This document shows positions 21,755-35,890 of a stretch of 64,000 nt of DNA, piece after piece. Origin of the DNA: Marsupella aquatica (Eukaryota > Plantae > Marchantiophyta); assembly GCA_973895155.1 (NCBI GenBank), contig OZ316893.1, positions 2,500,430-2,564,429 of the forward strand, in the 5' to 3' direction. A program made the position numbers and the translations under genes. Each line of letters begins with the position of its first letter. Position 1 is the first letter of the stretch. The notes beneath the pieces are model-generated. The model was not told the DNA's origin. It did not search any database and saw nothing but the letters and a program-made list of their open reading frames with translations.

Positions 21755-22319
21755 CCGCCCTGCAGACTGTTATATGCAAGACAAACACACAATGTTCAAG
21801 GAACATTTTTTATTTCTCCAGCAGGCTCTTTTCAAATTCAGTTTTGTCAAAGTGGACAACCCAGGCATTTTGCTCTATACTCATGAATCCTATCAGTTTC
21901 TAAGCAGACCGACCTAATTGTAGACAACTTTGGAATATAGCCCATGAAGTGTCTTTCTAAGCAACATCCCGCTCAAGTGAGTGATTGAGGTTAGTTGCAA
22001 AAATATATAGGATGAACTAAGGATTGAGTGGACTACTTTAACATCAGTTTGAGCCAATTAGAGTTTGGGTTTAAAATCCTCATCATGAAAAAAGAATGAT
22101 GCGAAATCCTTGAAAAACATTGTTGTGACTCATCTCCTTGCAAGAATGTCATAATGACATTATATTACAAGCCCAACATGACCTTCTCTCAACCTTGCCA
22201 AAAGCCCCTTTCCGTCACTTGGACTTGGCTATCTATTTACCCATTCTTCTCTTAATGGCTTTCTCTCTTAATATCCTAGCTTCATTTTGAATTGTAGCTG
22301 GAAATGGAAATGGAAATGG

Positions 22320-22440
22320 AAATTGCCTGCAGTATATTGCCTCCCAATGGAAATGGAAATGGAAGCATAGAGCAGCAAATTAGATTCTGCCATAATTATG
22401 TATTTGTAGAAATTGGGAGGCAATATACTGCAGGCAATTT
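22320..22440. repeat. Perfect 29-bp inverted repeat with 63-nt spacer
   Basis: AAATTGCCTGCAGTATATTGCCTCCCAAT (22320-22348) and its exact reverse complement (22412-22440). Confidence 0.95.
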
Positions 22441-25400
22441 TTTGCTTTGCTGCGTGGAAATCTAGGCATTCTCCAAAATTTGTTTTGGAATCTAGATTGA
22501 GGGTTTCCCCAAGCCTTTTTCCAGGGAAAGCTTGGGAGCGAACGCCTTCCCGTGTTCTCAAAAAAACATTAACAGAACTTCTTGACAATCTATGAGGTTT
22601 AGTTCACATCCTAGATACCCTGAGGAATAGTTCTTCTACAAAGAAAATACTAGCTGTCTAGTCTAGAGGTAGTCCTGGGACACTACTGTAGACAACACAT
22701 ATTATCTTTCCTCCTATAAATCAAGTTGGCACCTCATCACGAAATTTGCTTTCTTGTCCTTGACCAAGTGCTATGATATGTGAAGGAAACCCTCATTTCT
22801 TCTGTCCATAACTATTTAGCATGAAGCATTATGATTTCATTGTTGTCACTAAAGGGCAGCAAATTCACCCCATCCGCCCATTGTGGCAGCCCGCGTGAGG
22901 CAGCATAAGTCTACTCCTCCAGGTCTGGAGCAATACATCTCCTGTGTCCCATCCCCCTTTGCATGAATAGGGGTAGGGGGTGGCAAAGGGGGTGATTGGA
23001 AAACTACCCAACACAAAGCAATAGCTTCAGCTCAAGAATTTGCAAAAGCATTTTCTTTTAAGCTGAGGGTTTGAGAAGATGATCTTCTATAACAGACTGG
23101 TCACTATATTCCCCATTGCTTGGAACCGCCATATCTCAGGTTCAAGTCCTTGGTCTGGGGAGGGTTGGTGTATGTGTGGGTGAATTTGGCAAATCACTTA
23201 TTGAAAAAATGCAATTTAAAAGAAAGTGACCAAAACAAAATTCCCTTATGGCTTGCCTATCTATATGTATTGACCAGCTAGAGAATGTACAGTAAATTCC
23301 TTGACAATTTAGCAACCTAGCCTAATTTGTTTTGGTCCAATACTTGGAATCTAGGGGTGGTCAGAGTTGGTGCTTGTCACACTAAATACTATGAATTGTA
23401 TGGATGGGCTAACTCATGGAATCCCTGATAAGGAGCCTCTTTTGAAGCTCAAGAGTTGGTACTGTTCAACGAGGTTCAATCTTTGGAGCATCTCGAGAAC
23501 TGTTCCAGTCTTTTGAGGAGGAGTTGCCACATTGCTGAACGAGAGCTCAACATGGATGAAGAAGATGCTAATCTTTAACCATTTTAGACACGGGAATGAT
23601 CCTCTATCCACTTGCATTGCTCTGAATGAGGACGGATTTTAATCAGGACATGCTTTCACGAGGACACATTGTGGATTAGGGAAGAAGAACAGTCTACAGT
23701 TTCTTTCAAAGGCTAACTTTCGAATTTCAGAATTCTGCCTCCAGACCTGATCTGTCTGTCTGAACAGTAAGTTCACGGATTTCATACGATTTTGCCCTGA
23801 AAAGTAAGCTCACGGATTTCATAAGATTTTGCCCTTGTCTGCGCTACTTCACGAAGATTTTCGATACTACTATTGAGGAGGACCGTTTCTTCGTTTCATG
23901 GATTGATCCTCCACCGATTCAAGACAACGAGAGAGACAAATGGTACCAAGCGTGAAATTAGGGTTTGTGGGTCTGGCCGAAAGTTCTAAACTTCGTGAAT
24001 GACCAAAATTCTGTTATTCTGATTTTATTTCCTAGCAATTTGGGCCATTGGTCTTCAATTGCAACAGCTGCGAATAATTGATGATAGATGTACCGTGATT
24101 TCTACGGGAAAACCTGAATTGCAGTAGTCAAGTCAAGAAGCAGAATTCCTTAGCGATATATACATAGATATTCTCTACTGAAACGTAGCTTCATTGAGAC
24201 TAAATTTTGATGGTTTATTACAACTCCAAAACTTACTGGGATTTTTTTCGAAAGGCGTTAGGAAGAAATTCGCGACTCGCATTGCTTTCAAATGACGCAG
24301 GGGTTAACAGTTAGTGGACCTTCGCCTATGAAAGCTGATTATTTAGACGTGAAATTGATCATAAGAGATAGTCTCATTGCAACAAATCAAAGATTTCCAA
24401 ACCAGATTAACCAGAAAGTGGAAGCAGGAATCTTACACTTCCTCCCAAACATTTGTACTCCCCTGACTGTCCCTTCTTATCTGGTTTGAGAGCCATTTTG
24501 TCGGCTTCAAATCGAGTATCTCAAAAATTGTCCTCGATTTCAAGCTTGGAAAGTTCGTAGACTTCTGCGTTGGAACATCTATTTTGTACAGGGAATTTCA
24601 CAGTCGTGGTGTGAGTCTCTCGACCGTCCACAAGGACCCGTATTTGACTCAACAATTCTTGATGAACTCATTCTTGATGTTCAGTGTGAGCGATCGAGGA
24701 ATCTGCTTCAAAGAAGCCGGCACGTGGAATTTGAAAGTCAAATCAAGATGAAACTGATATAATGACTCTCCAAACCAACTGTAGATACGGTGTCCCTTGG
24801 TAAGAGACACACTTCTTCGGTTACTAATTTATGTGGATGTCTTTTAACATGTGTGAACTAATCGTTGCTTTTTCAGAATCATTTCTAAGTGACTTGAAGC
24901 TTGAGGCAGAATTTGAGAGTACGACGAGATTACGTACATTGTGAGATTTCAATTACTCGACACTACGAATGCACTGAAGAAAACCTGAGAACCCATCCCT
25001 TCAGGAAATTCTTCAAAGCTTTTGCTGAGAAAGACCCAGACTGACTTGTGCCAAGGTTCTTGTAAGGAGAGGCAGAAACGCAGCACAGAGCCAAGTCCCA
25101 CATCTTCTGTTTTAGCAATTGGATTGTAGTGAATACAGAACACAAAACGAGAAAACAGGAACCGAGGAGTAAGGAGACGCACAAATTAGGTGACTCAATC
25201 TTTTTATCTCAAAACAGCCACCCTCTTCCTACAAACCCAATTTACCAATGTACTCGTTGTTCATGACTTCGACACCATGCTAGCAAGGTTAAAGTATGGA
25301 GGAACAACAAATGAACACCCCATTGCTTGTCCTGCAACCCTATTTAACTCATTCGCTAGTTGTTGGTGACTTAGACACCAAGCGCAAGATCAGGGTAGGG

Positions 25401-26639
25401 AGGAACGAGGAATGATCACCACAAGGATTGCAACTATCCAGCTTCAGAAGTCCACAGGGTCGATCGGGCTTGGGACAGGAATCAAGCCCAAATAATCCGC
25501 AAGCTTCATCAGAGGGCAATCAAGCAGCAACCCGCTCATGAACCAGACTACGTTTGGGCGAATCGAGTAGACCAGCTCCATAGTCCTGCAGGGTCCGCCA
25601 AACCTACTGGAGAGGTCAGCAGTCAGCAGGGGCATCGAGAATCTTACTTTTACTGTGATGCATGTTGTGAAACCCACAAACGAACAAAGCCCGAATCGAG
25701 AAAAAAAAAAAAACTTTCTGCCAGAGTAGAGTAGAGTGCCCACGCGCAGGCTGGATCATGGGCGGAGGAAAGGGTCCTTCAATTCTGGACCAGGAGGAGG
25801 AAATCAAAAGATCCGAGGACATGAAGTATGGGCCTCTCATCGCCTGGGCACGTGCTGACGGCTTATTCTCTTCACTTCTTATTGGCGTCGATGATTTCCA
25901 AGCTCCTTTCCAATCCGCCATCCTTCAGCGCCCATCAACTTTCTTTATTATTAGGGGGTCTCAACTCTAGCCCTGGGCACTAGCCAACCTTTGTTATTGT
26001 TAGGGGTCTCAAATGTAGCCTGCACCACCAGCAGTCTCATGGCCATCCAAGCTTGGGTTTGGAGGGCCTCGGCCAGAAAAATGTAAAAAACAATCCCTGA
26101 GCCTAACCTGCACACTCATGAGGTATTCTATAATGCGAGGAAACAGAAATTTTGTTAGCGAGGAGAGTGTTGTTAGCAAGACACTTGTGGTTTTAAATTT
26201 CATTTGCTATTTGCTGCCTTTTATATATTTTGTGTGTTGTTTATGACTCCAGATGACTACAGTAGTGAGATAGCTAGTAAAAAGAGGAGTCCCCGAAATG
26301 GATGTTATCAACCAGGTTACTGTTAGCTAGACAATTGGATATAGAAAAATTAAGGGTCATGTGGATAAAAATTTTCCTTGCACGCTACAATGACCCCTGG
26401 CTGTTACAGGACCCAAAAATATGAACTCAACAAATCTTTTCTCCAATTGAACTCACAGGATTTCACTGTTTTCCTATGGCCAGGTCCCATGGCTGCAGCC
26501 TGGCTATTATAGGACCCAAACATATGAATTCAACATATCTATTGTTCTAGTCAAACTCACCCAAGGGCTGGCCCCTTCTAAGACCATGCTATTTTAACTT
26601 ATTAATAATAAATTGCATTGTACTTTATTTAGAGTACTG

Positions 26640-26749
26640 AACTAGTTTATGAAATAGAAGTTATCCCATAGTATTCAAATGAGACAAGATAAATTCAACT
26701 AGTTTATGAAATAGAAGCTATCCCATAGTATTCAAATAAGACAAGATAA
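26640..26749. repeat. 57-bp tandem duplication
   Basis: AACTAGTTTATGAAATAGAAG.TATCCCATAGTATTCAAAT.AGACAAGATAA occurs twice. Confidence 0.85.
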
Positions 26750-28809
26750 GGAGAAAAACGTGTATAGCAGTCTCATTAGAGGCACTGGTCCTATCCAGTG
26801 GAAGAGAAAATGGTATATATTTGAGGCCCCCTATTGATAGATTTCTCTTGGTTGCAGCGCCCAAGTCCCACCTGGCCAGCTTGCCCAATTGGCCGAATTA
26901 CCAGTCCTTTTTTTCGAATGAGGATCTTGCTGATTTCCAAGGGTTTCTTGTAGTTATTAAATTGAAGTTTGACAAATGTACACCCCTAGAACTGATAATC
27001 GTACACACCAACCCACATCATGACATGTGTCCAAGTATGGGCTGCAATTCCAGTTTTGAAATTTTGATACGCTTGTGGGAACCGGGTAACTCTAATTATC
27101 TTATTTTATGTGATCCGTTACTCTCCTTGCCCAAAGTATTAGCACTATCAATTGAAAATTCTGCTCAATACCTCTTGCACAGGAAGGGTTCCCTTACTCA
27201 CCCAAAGTGCCATGTCCTCCCCTATTACACAACAATAATCTAATTATCAAATTTTTTGTTTAAAAAGTGCAATCCCGTCCTAATGTTTCACTGTAGAAGT
27301 AGATCATGAACTGTAGACTTTGATAGCTAAAGGATAGAATGTTGATAAACACCATCTAGAAGGACTGGTGGATCATTTGGTTTTTGTTTGTTTCCATTAC
27401 TCAATTTTCTTGGGTTTGTGAGCCCTATAGTCCAAGGACTTTGTGTCACTAGGCAGTGTATGATTTTCTCCTGTAAGTCAGGGGAATGACATTCAATGTC
27501 TTCCTCTGGGGAGAAGTATCTCTCATGCTACCTCTCCCCACCTCAACTGCCTATCCTGTGCCAAAGATAAAACACTTTACTCAACACATTCAATATCACT
27601 CTGCATATTCAAAACTTCATAACCAGAGAGGACCTTTTGAAAGACATGCATACTTCTCAGTCCAAGAAGCATGACTACATGACCTGCAGATCATTACGCC
27701 ATGCTTAACCTTGTGGAAACCTTGTGGGAATGAGGTCCCAACACATTTGAACAATGACCAATATAAGTAAACAACCTGATGAACAACCCCATCATAGTTG
27801 CAGGTGTCAAGGGCTCGGTTGTTCTTATATGCTACAAGTGTTCAGAAGAAAAAGTATCCGCAACATCAAAATTGGAAACCAATATCTTTGTGGGAACCCA
27901 GTCATGCAATACCACACATGGAACCTTTCATTTCCAGAGTTGCATATTTGGTCAAAGTGAGTAGAGGCACTTACCACAATTCACAATTTTGGAGGTTACA
28001 CAGGGGGAATGATGTACACTGAAAGTTTCAGAAACAGGGTGGTGGACTACCCCTCAGGCACATGAAAAAAGTAATCTGGCTTGGCAATGACAAAACTTTG
28101 TTCGCACACTACATAATTTAGCAAAGTGTGTCTTGCCATATTGTCATTCCAAATGTCATCCCCCAATGTCATCATCCTCACAAGAAGAACCAGTCCTAAA
28201 TATTGTCCATAGTATTCTACACTAATCCACACAGCCCTGCTAGGCTCAGAGAGTGCCACACGTCTTTTGGCGGCATCCCTCTCAACCCAAACAATCTGGG
28301 CTTGCCATGAGACTGCACGTAAGTTATATAATTTGAGACCCCCTAATACCTCTGTTGGCAGATTGATTGAAATGATCATATCAATGTTCACTTCACCTCT
28401 AGACTTATCCAGTTACAGGCTCAGACACGTCAGAATATCCAACCTCAAAGATAATTGTTGATCAGTCACTCCTGCTTCTTGGAAAGGAGAAATTGCCTTC
28501 CTTGGAGACATTAGTGGCTCATTTCGCACCAACTGTATCCATTAATTCCCAACCCTACTAGTGCATGCTTAAGTCTCTTATCTAACTGTATAATCTGAGT
28601 AGAATGCTAGTCTTATCTTAACTTAACTAACTACACAATGGCGATAGACTCTTTAGGGCCTATGGTATAAACTTCTAGACCATGACTCTCGGGTCTGGCT
28701 GACGTTGAAAGTGCAAGTGGAAAAATGGAAATTGGAGAATAGAGTGAGTCTCTGAAAATTGTGATTGGCCCTATCCCCTCTATTTACATTCAAAGAACTT
28801 ACACTCAAG

Positions 28810-30960
28810 GTGCTTTACAAGACCTTGGGGGTAGTTTCACTGCTTTTCTACCAAACCTAATCTCTGTGCCCCCAGAATAAGATAGTCTACCAGGGCTTAG
28901 AGAGAGTTTTAAATCATTTATGCCCCCAAGGTCTTGTAAAGCAAACTCCAGCAAATAGTGCTTGAGTTATTTGCTAAGAAACAACTTGAGGACCCACTCC
29001 ACCCAAAAGTGAGGTAGTTCTTTGGCTATCTCCCTTCTTGCTGTGACACCAGAAAATCTGATGAAGGACACGTGGGTCCACTTTTAATGTCAAACACTCA
29101 AGGGCGTGGAGTTATTTGGCTCCCTCTCTTCTTGTTGTGACAGGAGAACATCTGTTGAGGGACATGTGGGTCCACTTATAATGTGAAACACTCAAAGTGA
29201 GTGGACCAAGCTGCCAGATCAGGAGACCTCCAAGTGAGGTGGTATAAAAACTGAAACAAGACTGTGCTCCACATAAACTTGGCCCCCACCTTATTCCATG
29301 TAGGATTGGCAATAGTTTAGAAAGTAACTGCCTCCAATGTTTTGTATGTAATCTCCAGCAATAGCTTTGCAATGGATGGCCCTGATCACATCTTCAAGAC
29401 CCAAAAAATAGGAAACTGTCCCAAATGTCTTGTAAGAGCATCTCCAACCCAACTAGGGTTTGTTACTATATTGAGTGTTGACAAAACCCAGTAAAGAACC
29501 AGGGTGAGTACCTGACTTTTTGCATTTTCTTTACTGGGTTACTCACTCATTCAAATTCTATCAGGTTTTCAGGATATGGGTTTTTGTGTTACTGGATCTG
29601 CATATAGAAGAGATTATACAATAGACGACTCCTTACTGCGTATGTTATTAAGGATTTCAAGATATCAATCTACACTTGCTACATGCTGATCAATACATGG
29701 TGTTAGTCTATGGTTGTCAGATTTTTGATACATGCTGTTTAGTGAGAATTGAGGATAATTTTCAGTTTGGTCATGTAGATGCGTACTCTGAACTAAGAAA
29801 AAGACATTTTTTGACTAGGTATTTAATGGCATCCCGCTAATTGCCCATAAAAAACCAATGGCCATATAAGTATTTAGGATAACACTAATTGATTTAAACA
29901 AAATCTTTGTGTATGGAGTGACATATTACGCGGTATCTTGTCACATTTTGATGTGAAAAGTATTGGGACGTTGGTCACTGTACCTAGTAAGCAAAACCCC
30001 CTTGGATTAGTGATGCATTAAAGCCCACAGACCTTGCTTAACAAGACAGTGGGGCCATTTGTGAACTTTTCACCAAAGCAAACTCTAGAGCAATTTCATA
30101 TACAAAAGATAGTGTTGAGATGCTCTAAAGCCACCTTACTTTACAAGACGGCGGGGGCATTTTGTGAACTTTTCACTAAAGCAAATCGGAGGGCCATTTT
30201 AGGTAATATTATCATAGTGTTAGAGATGCTCTAAAGCCACACTGCTTTACAAGACGTGGGGAATTTGTGGGCTTTTGCACCAAAGAAAACTGGAGGGCCA
30301 TTTCATATACTAAGATAGTGTCTAGGGGCTAAAAGAGTTGTTGGAATCCTTTTATGCCCCCAAGTCTGTAAAACTAATTAGATCAAGTGGTGCTAGAATA
30401 ATTTGCTAAGAGTCAAGCTGGGACCCACTCCTCCACCTAGAACTAGCGTAATTCTTTGGCTGGAGACCTTCTGCCTCTCACATGGGAAGATCTGATGAAG
30501 GACTTGTGGGTCCACTTTCAATGCAAACAACTCAAAACAAGAATGGACCAAGCTGCCGGATGAAGACCTTCAACATACGTGGTCTACAAACTGGGATAAA
30601 ATTGTGCAATAAATAAGCAAAATTTGGGCCCCACTCCATACCCTGCAATAGAAACAACTGCCTGGACACATAAGTAGTCTAAAACTAGGATAAAATTGTG
30701 CTCCACATATGCAAAATTTGGGGCCCACCAAAGAAACTGGCCCTAACATTTTATATATTGCACTACAGCTCAGCTACAGTATATTTCCCCAATGAGTGTC
30801 CCTGATCACATTTTGGAAACCATAAAAGAATTGAAGCTGGCCCTAGCATTTTGTATATTGAACTACAGCTCAGCTATATCTCCCCAATGAATGGCTTTGA
30901 TCAAATCTTGAAAACCATGAAAGAATTGAAATTGTCCAAGCTGCCGTAAAGCCACCCTCA
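28810..30960. repeat. Two diverged copies of a ~600-700-bp repeat (~28810-29435 and ~30240-30960) with internal sub-repeats
   Basis: Colinear motifs in both copies include TTTATGCCCCCAAG, TTTGCTAAGA, GGACCCACTCC, CTGATGAAGGAC..GTGGGTCCACTTT, TGGACCAAGCTGCC and CCTGATCACAT. Confidence 0.7.
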
Positions 30961-33900
30961 AGCTAGTCAATCAAAGCCCGCATTCCTACAGCAAATCCTT
31001 TTGTGGGATCCCATACGGGACCCCCAATCTCTGCCAAATAGGCTCAAGAGAAGAGTGAATGTTGGACTAAGTACTAAATAAATAAATGTACTTCTGTGGG
31101 TGAGATAATACGTGTCTACCAGTCTACAGAAGTTTGACATGTGAGAACTGAAAAGTATTCAGGACTGCACTCAACGATAGTTTATCAGCTAATTATTTTG
31201 TTCTTCGTAGTTATTTGAGAGATGAGGTTGCTTATTCTAAAATCTCGAATGATGTGATGAGAATCTATCCACTGAGGGCTCAACAAAAAACTCACGGTCC
31301 CAGCACATGCACTTATTACAATTTGGGGTATTTTATTGGGGAAGTGTGGGTGAGACGGTAGATGTTCCATGTACACAAGTTTGACACATGGCGGACTCAA
31401 GTGTTGTGCTCTACCAACTTATAACGAGGTTTGCTTCTGTTGTTATAAAGAGGAGGACCAAGAAAGGGCGACACGTAGAGGAAAATAAAGTTATTCCCTT
31501 TCATTGGCGAGAATATATGAAGCCTGCTATAGGTGTCGATCCATCAATATTTATGTAGCAGAATCATTAAAACAAATAAAGAACTACGAGACAAATAAGC
31601 AGTAGGCCCCCTCCCAAACTCAATAGAAAACATTGGAAATGTCTATGACTACAGGAGCTTGAACGCCCGAGCAAATATTGTTAGACGAATGATTAGTACC
31701 AGTGCGAGTTCCAGAAGTGTCCCAGATTCATGGTCTAGAGTGATAGACGGTAGGCCCTTATTTTAGCCTCCCATTGGGCTTTATTAGATAGATAATCCAT
31801 ATCCCATATTAGATAGACATAGACAATTATGGGTCACACTTCCCCGCACTACAATAAGTGACTAGTGCGTGTCTTTACTTTCTGTCACTCTACGAGCCCC
31901 ATTCCATTTAGTGCTGGCCCCCAAGCGCCCAGATCATCGAGTAAGATTGCCACCTTTGAAAATCTGGGGTGTTCCACTCTTCCACTCAAGCAGTTTGGGG
32001 GGTAACACACTAAACCATCCTTGAATTGCAGCTTCTAAAAGGGATAGGTCATGAGACACTCTAACAAGGAAGAATGCTCTAAGCCACAAGCAGCAGTAAT
32101 TGGGGCAGTAGTAAAACAAAATTAAAAAATCTAGAGCTACAAATTAAAGCATCTTGTGTAAAATGTAACAGTTGTTTTTTCTGTTGGTTGTTTTGCTTTA
32201 CCTTGAGGATTCTTTCTTAATGGAGACAATTTGTTAACTGCTTGGACATATCTAGATTCTTGGGAAGGAGTACTCTTTAGTACATGCCTGAACTCAACAA
32301 CTGGGGAACTGTTCTTCCACAATAGCCTCAAGATTCAAGAAATTTGGTCAAAATCTTTAAGAACCTTTTAGCTACTAAACTAGTCCCAACCTTTCTTCAC
32401 ATAAATTCTTGCAGAAATGTGGAAAACTTGTAGTAAACAAACTTTTTGGGGGACCACTGGCTTCGCTACTCCAAATGTAACAATACTGTTTTGGGACTTC
32501 TCCTACTGCCGGTCTCGCTATTAATTATTTTCTTGAGAAGCTAGGTGACAAACTCACATCATTTCATTTTCTTCCATTAACACAGGAGAGCTTCAAGAAA
32601 CTTCTTTCCATACACAACAATTTTCTTTATCAATTTACATTATTTATTGGAATCAATCTGATCTAATCCTTCAAGAAACTCGAATGCGCAGTGTTCTTCT
32701 CGTTTTGAAAGGCCTAATCCACAACATTTCTCCCTTGTGGCTATCAGTTTCTTACAATGGCTTTCTACGATGGGACTTCCTTCTCCTCTTTCAGGCCTAG
32801 CCAAGGTAGGCTCAATTTACCCAGTCACCACCCCATGCCCTTCTGAGACCTCCCTCCTAAATTAACTGCACTGAGTGCACCTCAATGACCAAAACAAATG
32901 TTCACTTTAAACGATAGAATCCCTTCTTGCTTTCCTCCTTTTATAGCCCCACATCCTATACTTCTTCCCCTGAGGTGGCTAGGTGCCAAAACTTCGGCCA
33001 CTTTGGTGTTGATTCAATCTCTACCAATGTTATATTGTTATAGCTAGAACGTCCTTGTGAAATGTAGGGCCCCCATCCCTTAGCCTGCAGGCACTAAAAT
33101 AAGAATAACACCTAAAGTCAAACCACTTTTTGTGTTTTGGTTTTTCCGTTTAGGCAAGTAGGGCAGTGTCCAAGATGTCAGAAGGGATGCCCATGCCATC
33201 TTTAGCCTAGGGTTTAAAGAACACACCATTATATGGTAGGTAACATGCAAGGAAACTTCCTTTGTATTTTCATCGAAGGTTTGGGGCATAGCCCTAGCCA
33301 GCCTGAAAACAAGTGGTTAAGGTTACGATTTCCCCAAGGACAGTTTTCCTAACGCTCACAAGGATGGGTTTTGATTATGTGCTGTAACCTCCTGGTGCTT
33401 GCCGCCCTCAGGGATTACACCCTTCCACCCCATGAGTTACCCTATACTATCCACCTAGCCTCCTCAAGGTCGGAACAACCCAGACAGTACCATACTAGTG
33501 CTGGGCACACCGGGCCATGCAGCTCTGCAATTCAGTTTTTCAGGTGGTTTCTAAACAGCTCAATCAATAACTAAAACCAAATTCCAATCAAACTTGCAAT
33601 TGCATTAACCTTCATATTCCTTTGTATTGAAGAATGATCCCATCTTACAGAGTGAAACCTTTTTATTTCAACCCCAACAGAGTGTGCATGGCAAAACGCT
33701 GAGTAGTTGCAAGGTGTCATCCCACACTACAGGAGCGAATTTCTTGGTGGGACTCCAAAATGAAAAGTGTTACTCGATCAGATCCCTGAGTGATCGAGAC
33801 CATTGATTAACCTTTCAACTTGCACAAAACCTTAGGGGTCCTATCAAGTGACACCTTTCATTTTGGGGTTCAATCAAGTAAATGCCTCAACACGGCACAC

Positions 33901-34095
33901 CAGCCATTGTTTTTTCTAGTTTCAAACATGAGCCAAGGTGGCTATTATTTTACCCTCCAGACAAGCACAGGTCTGGTTATGGAGTATTTTCTTTCAATTA
34001 TCCAATACTTCTAACTATTGTACACTATTTCCCTGGCTAACACTCCCCCATAGTGCATTAGGCGGTGGGTAACAAAACATAAATTTTTAAATTGC

Positions 34096-34327
34096 AGTCT
34101 GCTGGTTTTAGGTAAGTGACTGGATAATTTTGGCCCACAAACGAACTAAGTGCCTCTCAATCCTAATTCAAGTCTACCTGGTTTTAGGTAAGTGAATTGG
34201 CTAATTTTGGCCCACTAAGGAACTACAGTAAGTGCCTCTCAATCCTAATTTCAGTCTGCCTGGTTTTAGGTAAGGTATTGGCTAATTTTGGCACACAAAA
34301 GAACTACAGAAAGTGCCTCTCAATCCT
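34096..34327. repeat. ~75-82-bp tandem repeat x3 upstream of the At1g01500-like gene
   Basis: AGTCT.C(C)TGGTTTTAGGTAAG...TAATTTTGGC.CAC...AAGTGCCTCTCAATCCT occurs three times. Confidence 0.85.
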
Positions 34328-35890
34328 CTGTCCCCACATGGGGTAAGGTTAGGTTTACGTTGGGTTAAGTTAGGTAGAGTTAGGGGAGGCAGTACTCCTC
34401 TCCCTCCCCCCTTCCTCTCTCTTCTGTCGTTCTTGTTGTCTGTTCGCTCTCCGTCTGTTTTGGAGCAAAACCATTCTCGTGTCGTTCTTCAATTTCGAGG
34501 GTATGGGCGATGGCGGATTGCAAGATGGCGTCACTGAGGGGAGGTCGGGGAGTGATGAGGCGGGGGCGCTAGCGAAAACTACAAAGGAGACCGAGTGATG
34601 GATCGATTGATTGAGCGTGCTCCGATCTTGACGCAGTTTTGGATGCGGAGGTGGCTCATCGGTGTCCCCTACATAGGTGTGTTTTTGCCTCGACTTCCAG
34701 TGCTCAATTCCAATCATCGCTCCTCCTTTGTCGAGTAGGACTTAGCAGTAGTAAAGCAGAAGCGCCTCCCCTCCGTCTCGTCGTCTGTCCGATCGTCGAG
34801 AGCAATTTGTACATCAGCATCATCATCATCATCACTCTTCGTGTGTCGTTGCGAGTCCTTTCTTTTCCTTTCTTTTCTTTTCCGGTCCGTTCCGTTCCTT
34901 TCATTTCCTTTCCTTTCTCTGGGTGCGGTAGCGGTATTGGAGTTCTACGGGCTGTTGAACAGGGGAAGGAAACACTCCGCTCGTGCGTTTCTTTAGGTTG
35001 TGCGAGGTCTGGCGCGAGGCCGTGATTGTTTGCGTGAGGGGAGTTTGCGGAGGTTGCGGAATCCATTTTCCGTTTTCGGGGGCGTTTGTCGTTCGCATTG
35101 ATTTGCTATAGATATTAACCTCACAAGAAGGAAGAGGTTGCGGAGTCGTTTTAGGGGCTGGTGGGTTCTATCAAGAGGAGTAGGAGGAGTTTGGCATGTG
35201 CTGGCGGCTTCTCGATGCCCTAGTAGTTCTGTCTCCAATTAGCGAGGTCTGGACGTCTATGCGTGCGTTCACGCGAGCGAGCGGAGTTTTCGTATTCGTG
35301 GTCCTGATCGTTGATGCTCTTGAAATGTCGATCGCCATCGGATGAGTGATTTTGTTTTGCTTTGAATATGTGGAAGGTCGTTTACCTGAAGGCTTGAATC
35401 GTGAGTGCGTATGGAAGAAAGTGCGATGACCGCATCGATTTCTTTTCGATTTGAAGGATAGGTGGAGGCGCTTTGATTGGAAGACTTGTACCTACCGGTG
35501 TAGCGAAGGCGAAGAAAGGAAAAGAATGAGGGACGTTCATGGACTGCGTGCAGGGAGGTTGTTGTTGAGGAGTGCATCTTCTTTGCCGAGTAGAATACGA
35601 GGAAAAGGCATCATCGAGAGGTCATCATTAGGTCGGAAGCACGGGTCGTTGTTCTTGTTGCCTGGCCTGCTGCTGCTGCCACCTGCCATTTGGAAGAACA
35701 GTAGTCCAGTACAGGGACACGAGAGAGATCGGTACGGTAAACTCTCGCGGAGCAGAGTCTGAATTGAGTCGACTTTTCCGGCTTGTTGGAGGACATCACG
35801 GGACAGGAGGGGAGTTATCTGTAGGTATCGGTTCTTTAATTTTGCATCGCCACTCTGGCGTTTAGAGTAGTAATCTAATCTAGTCTAATC

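Noticed and set aside
23095-23185. AGGTTCAAGTCCT B-box-like motif, possible SINE remnant
   Set aside because: No clear A-box, tail or TSD.
24591-24800. Exon-like segment with AG acceptor and GTAAG donor
   Set aside because: The frames examined stop before the donor, with no recognisable product or partner exons.
26800-28560. Possible ancient LINE remnants (e.g. KQGGGLPLR)
   Set aside because: Too degenerate to support by eye.
31400-31430. Minus-strand AGTTGGTAGAGCA tRNA D-arm-like motif
   Set aside because: No T-arm or acceptor stem.
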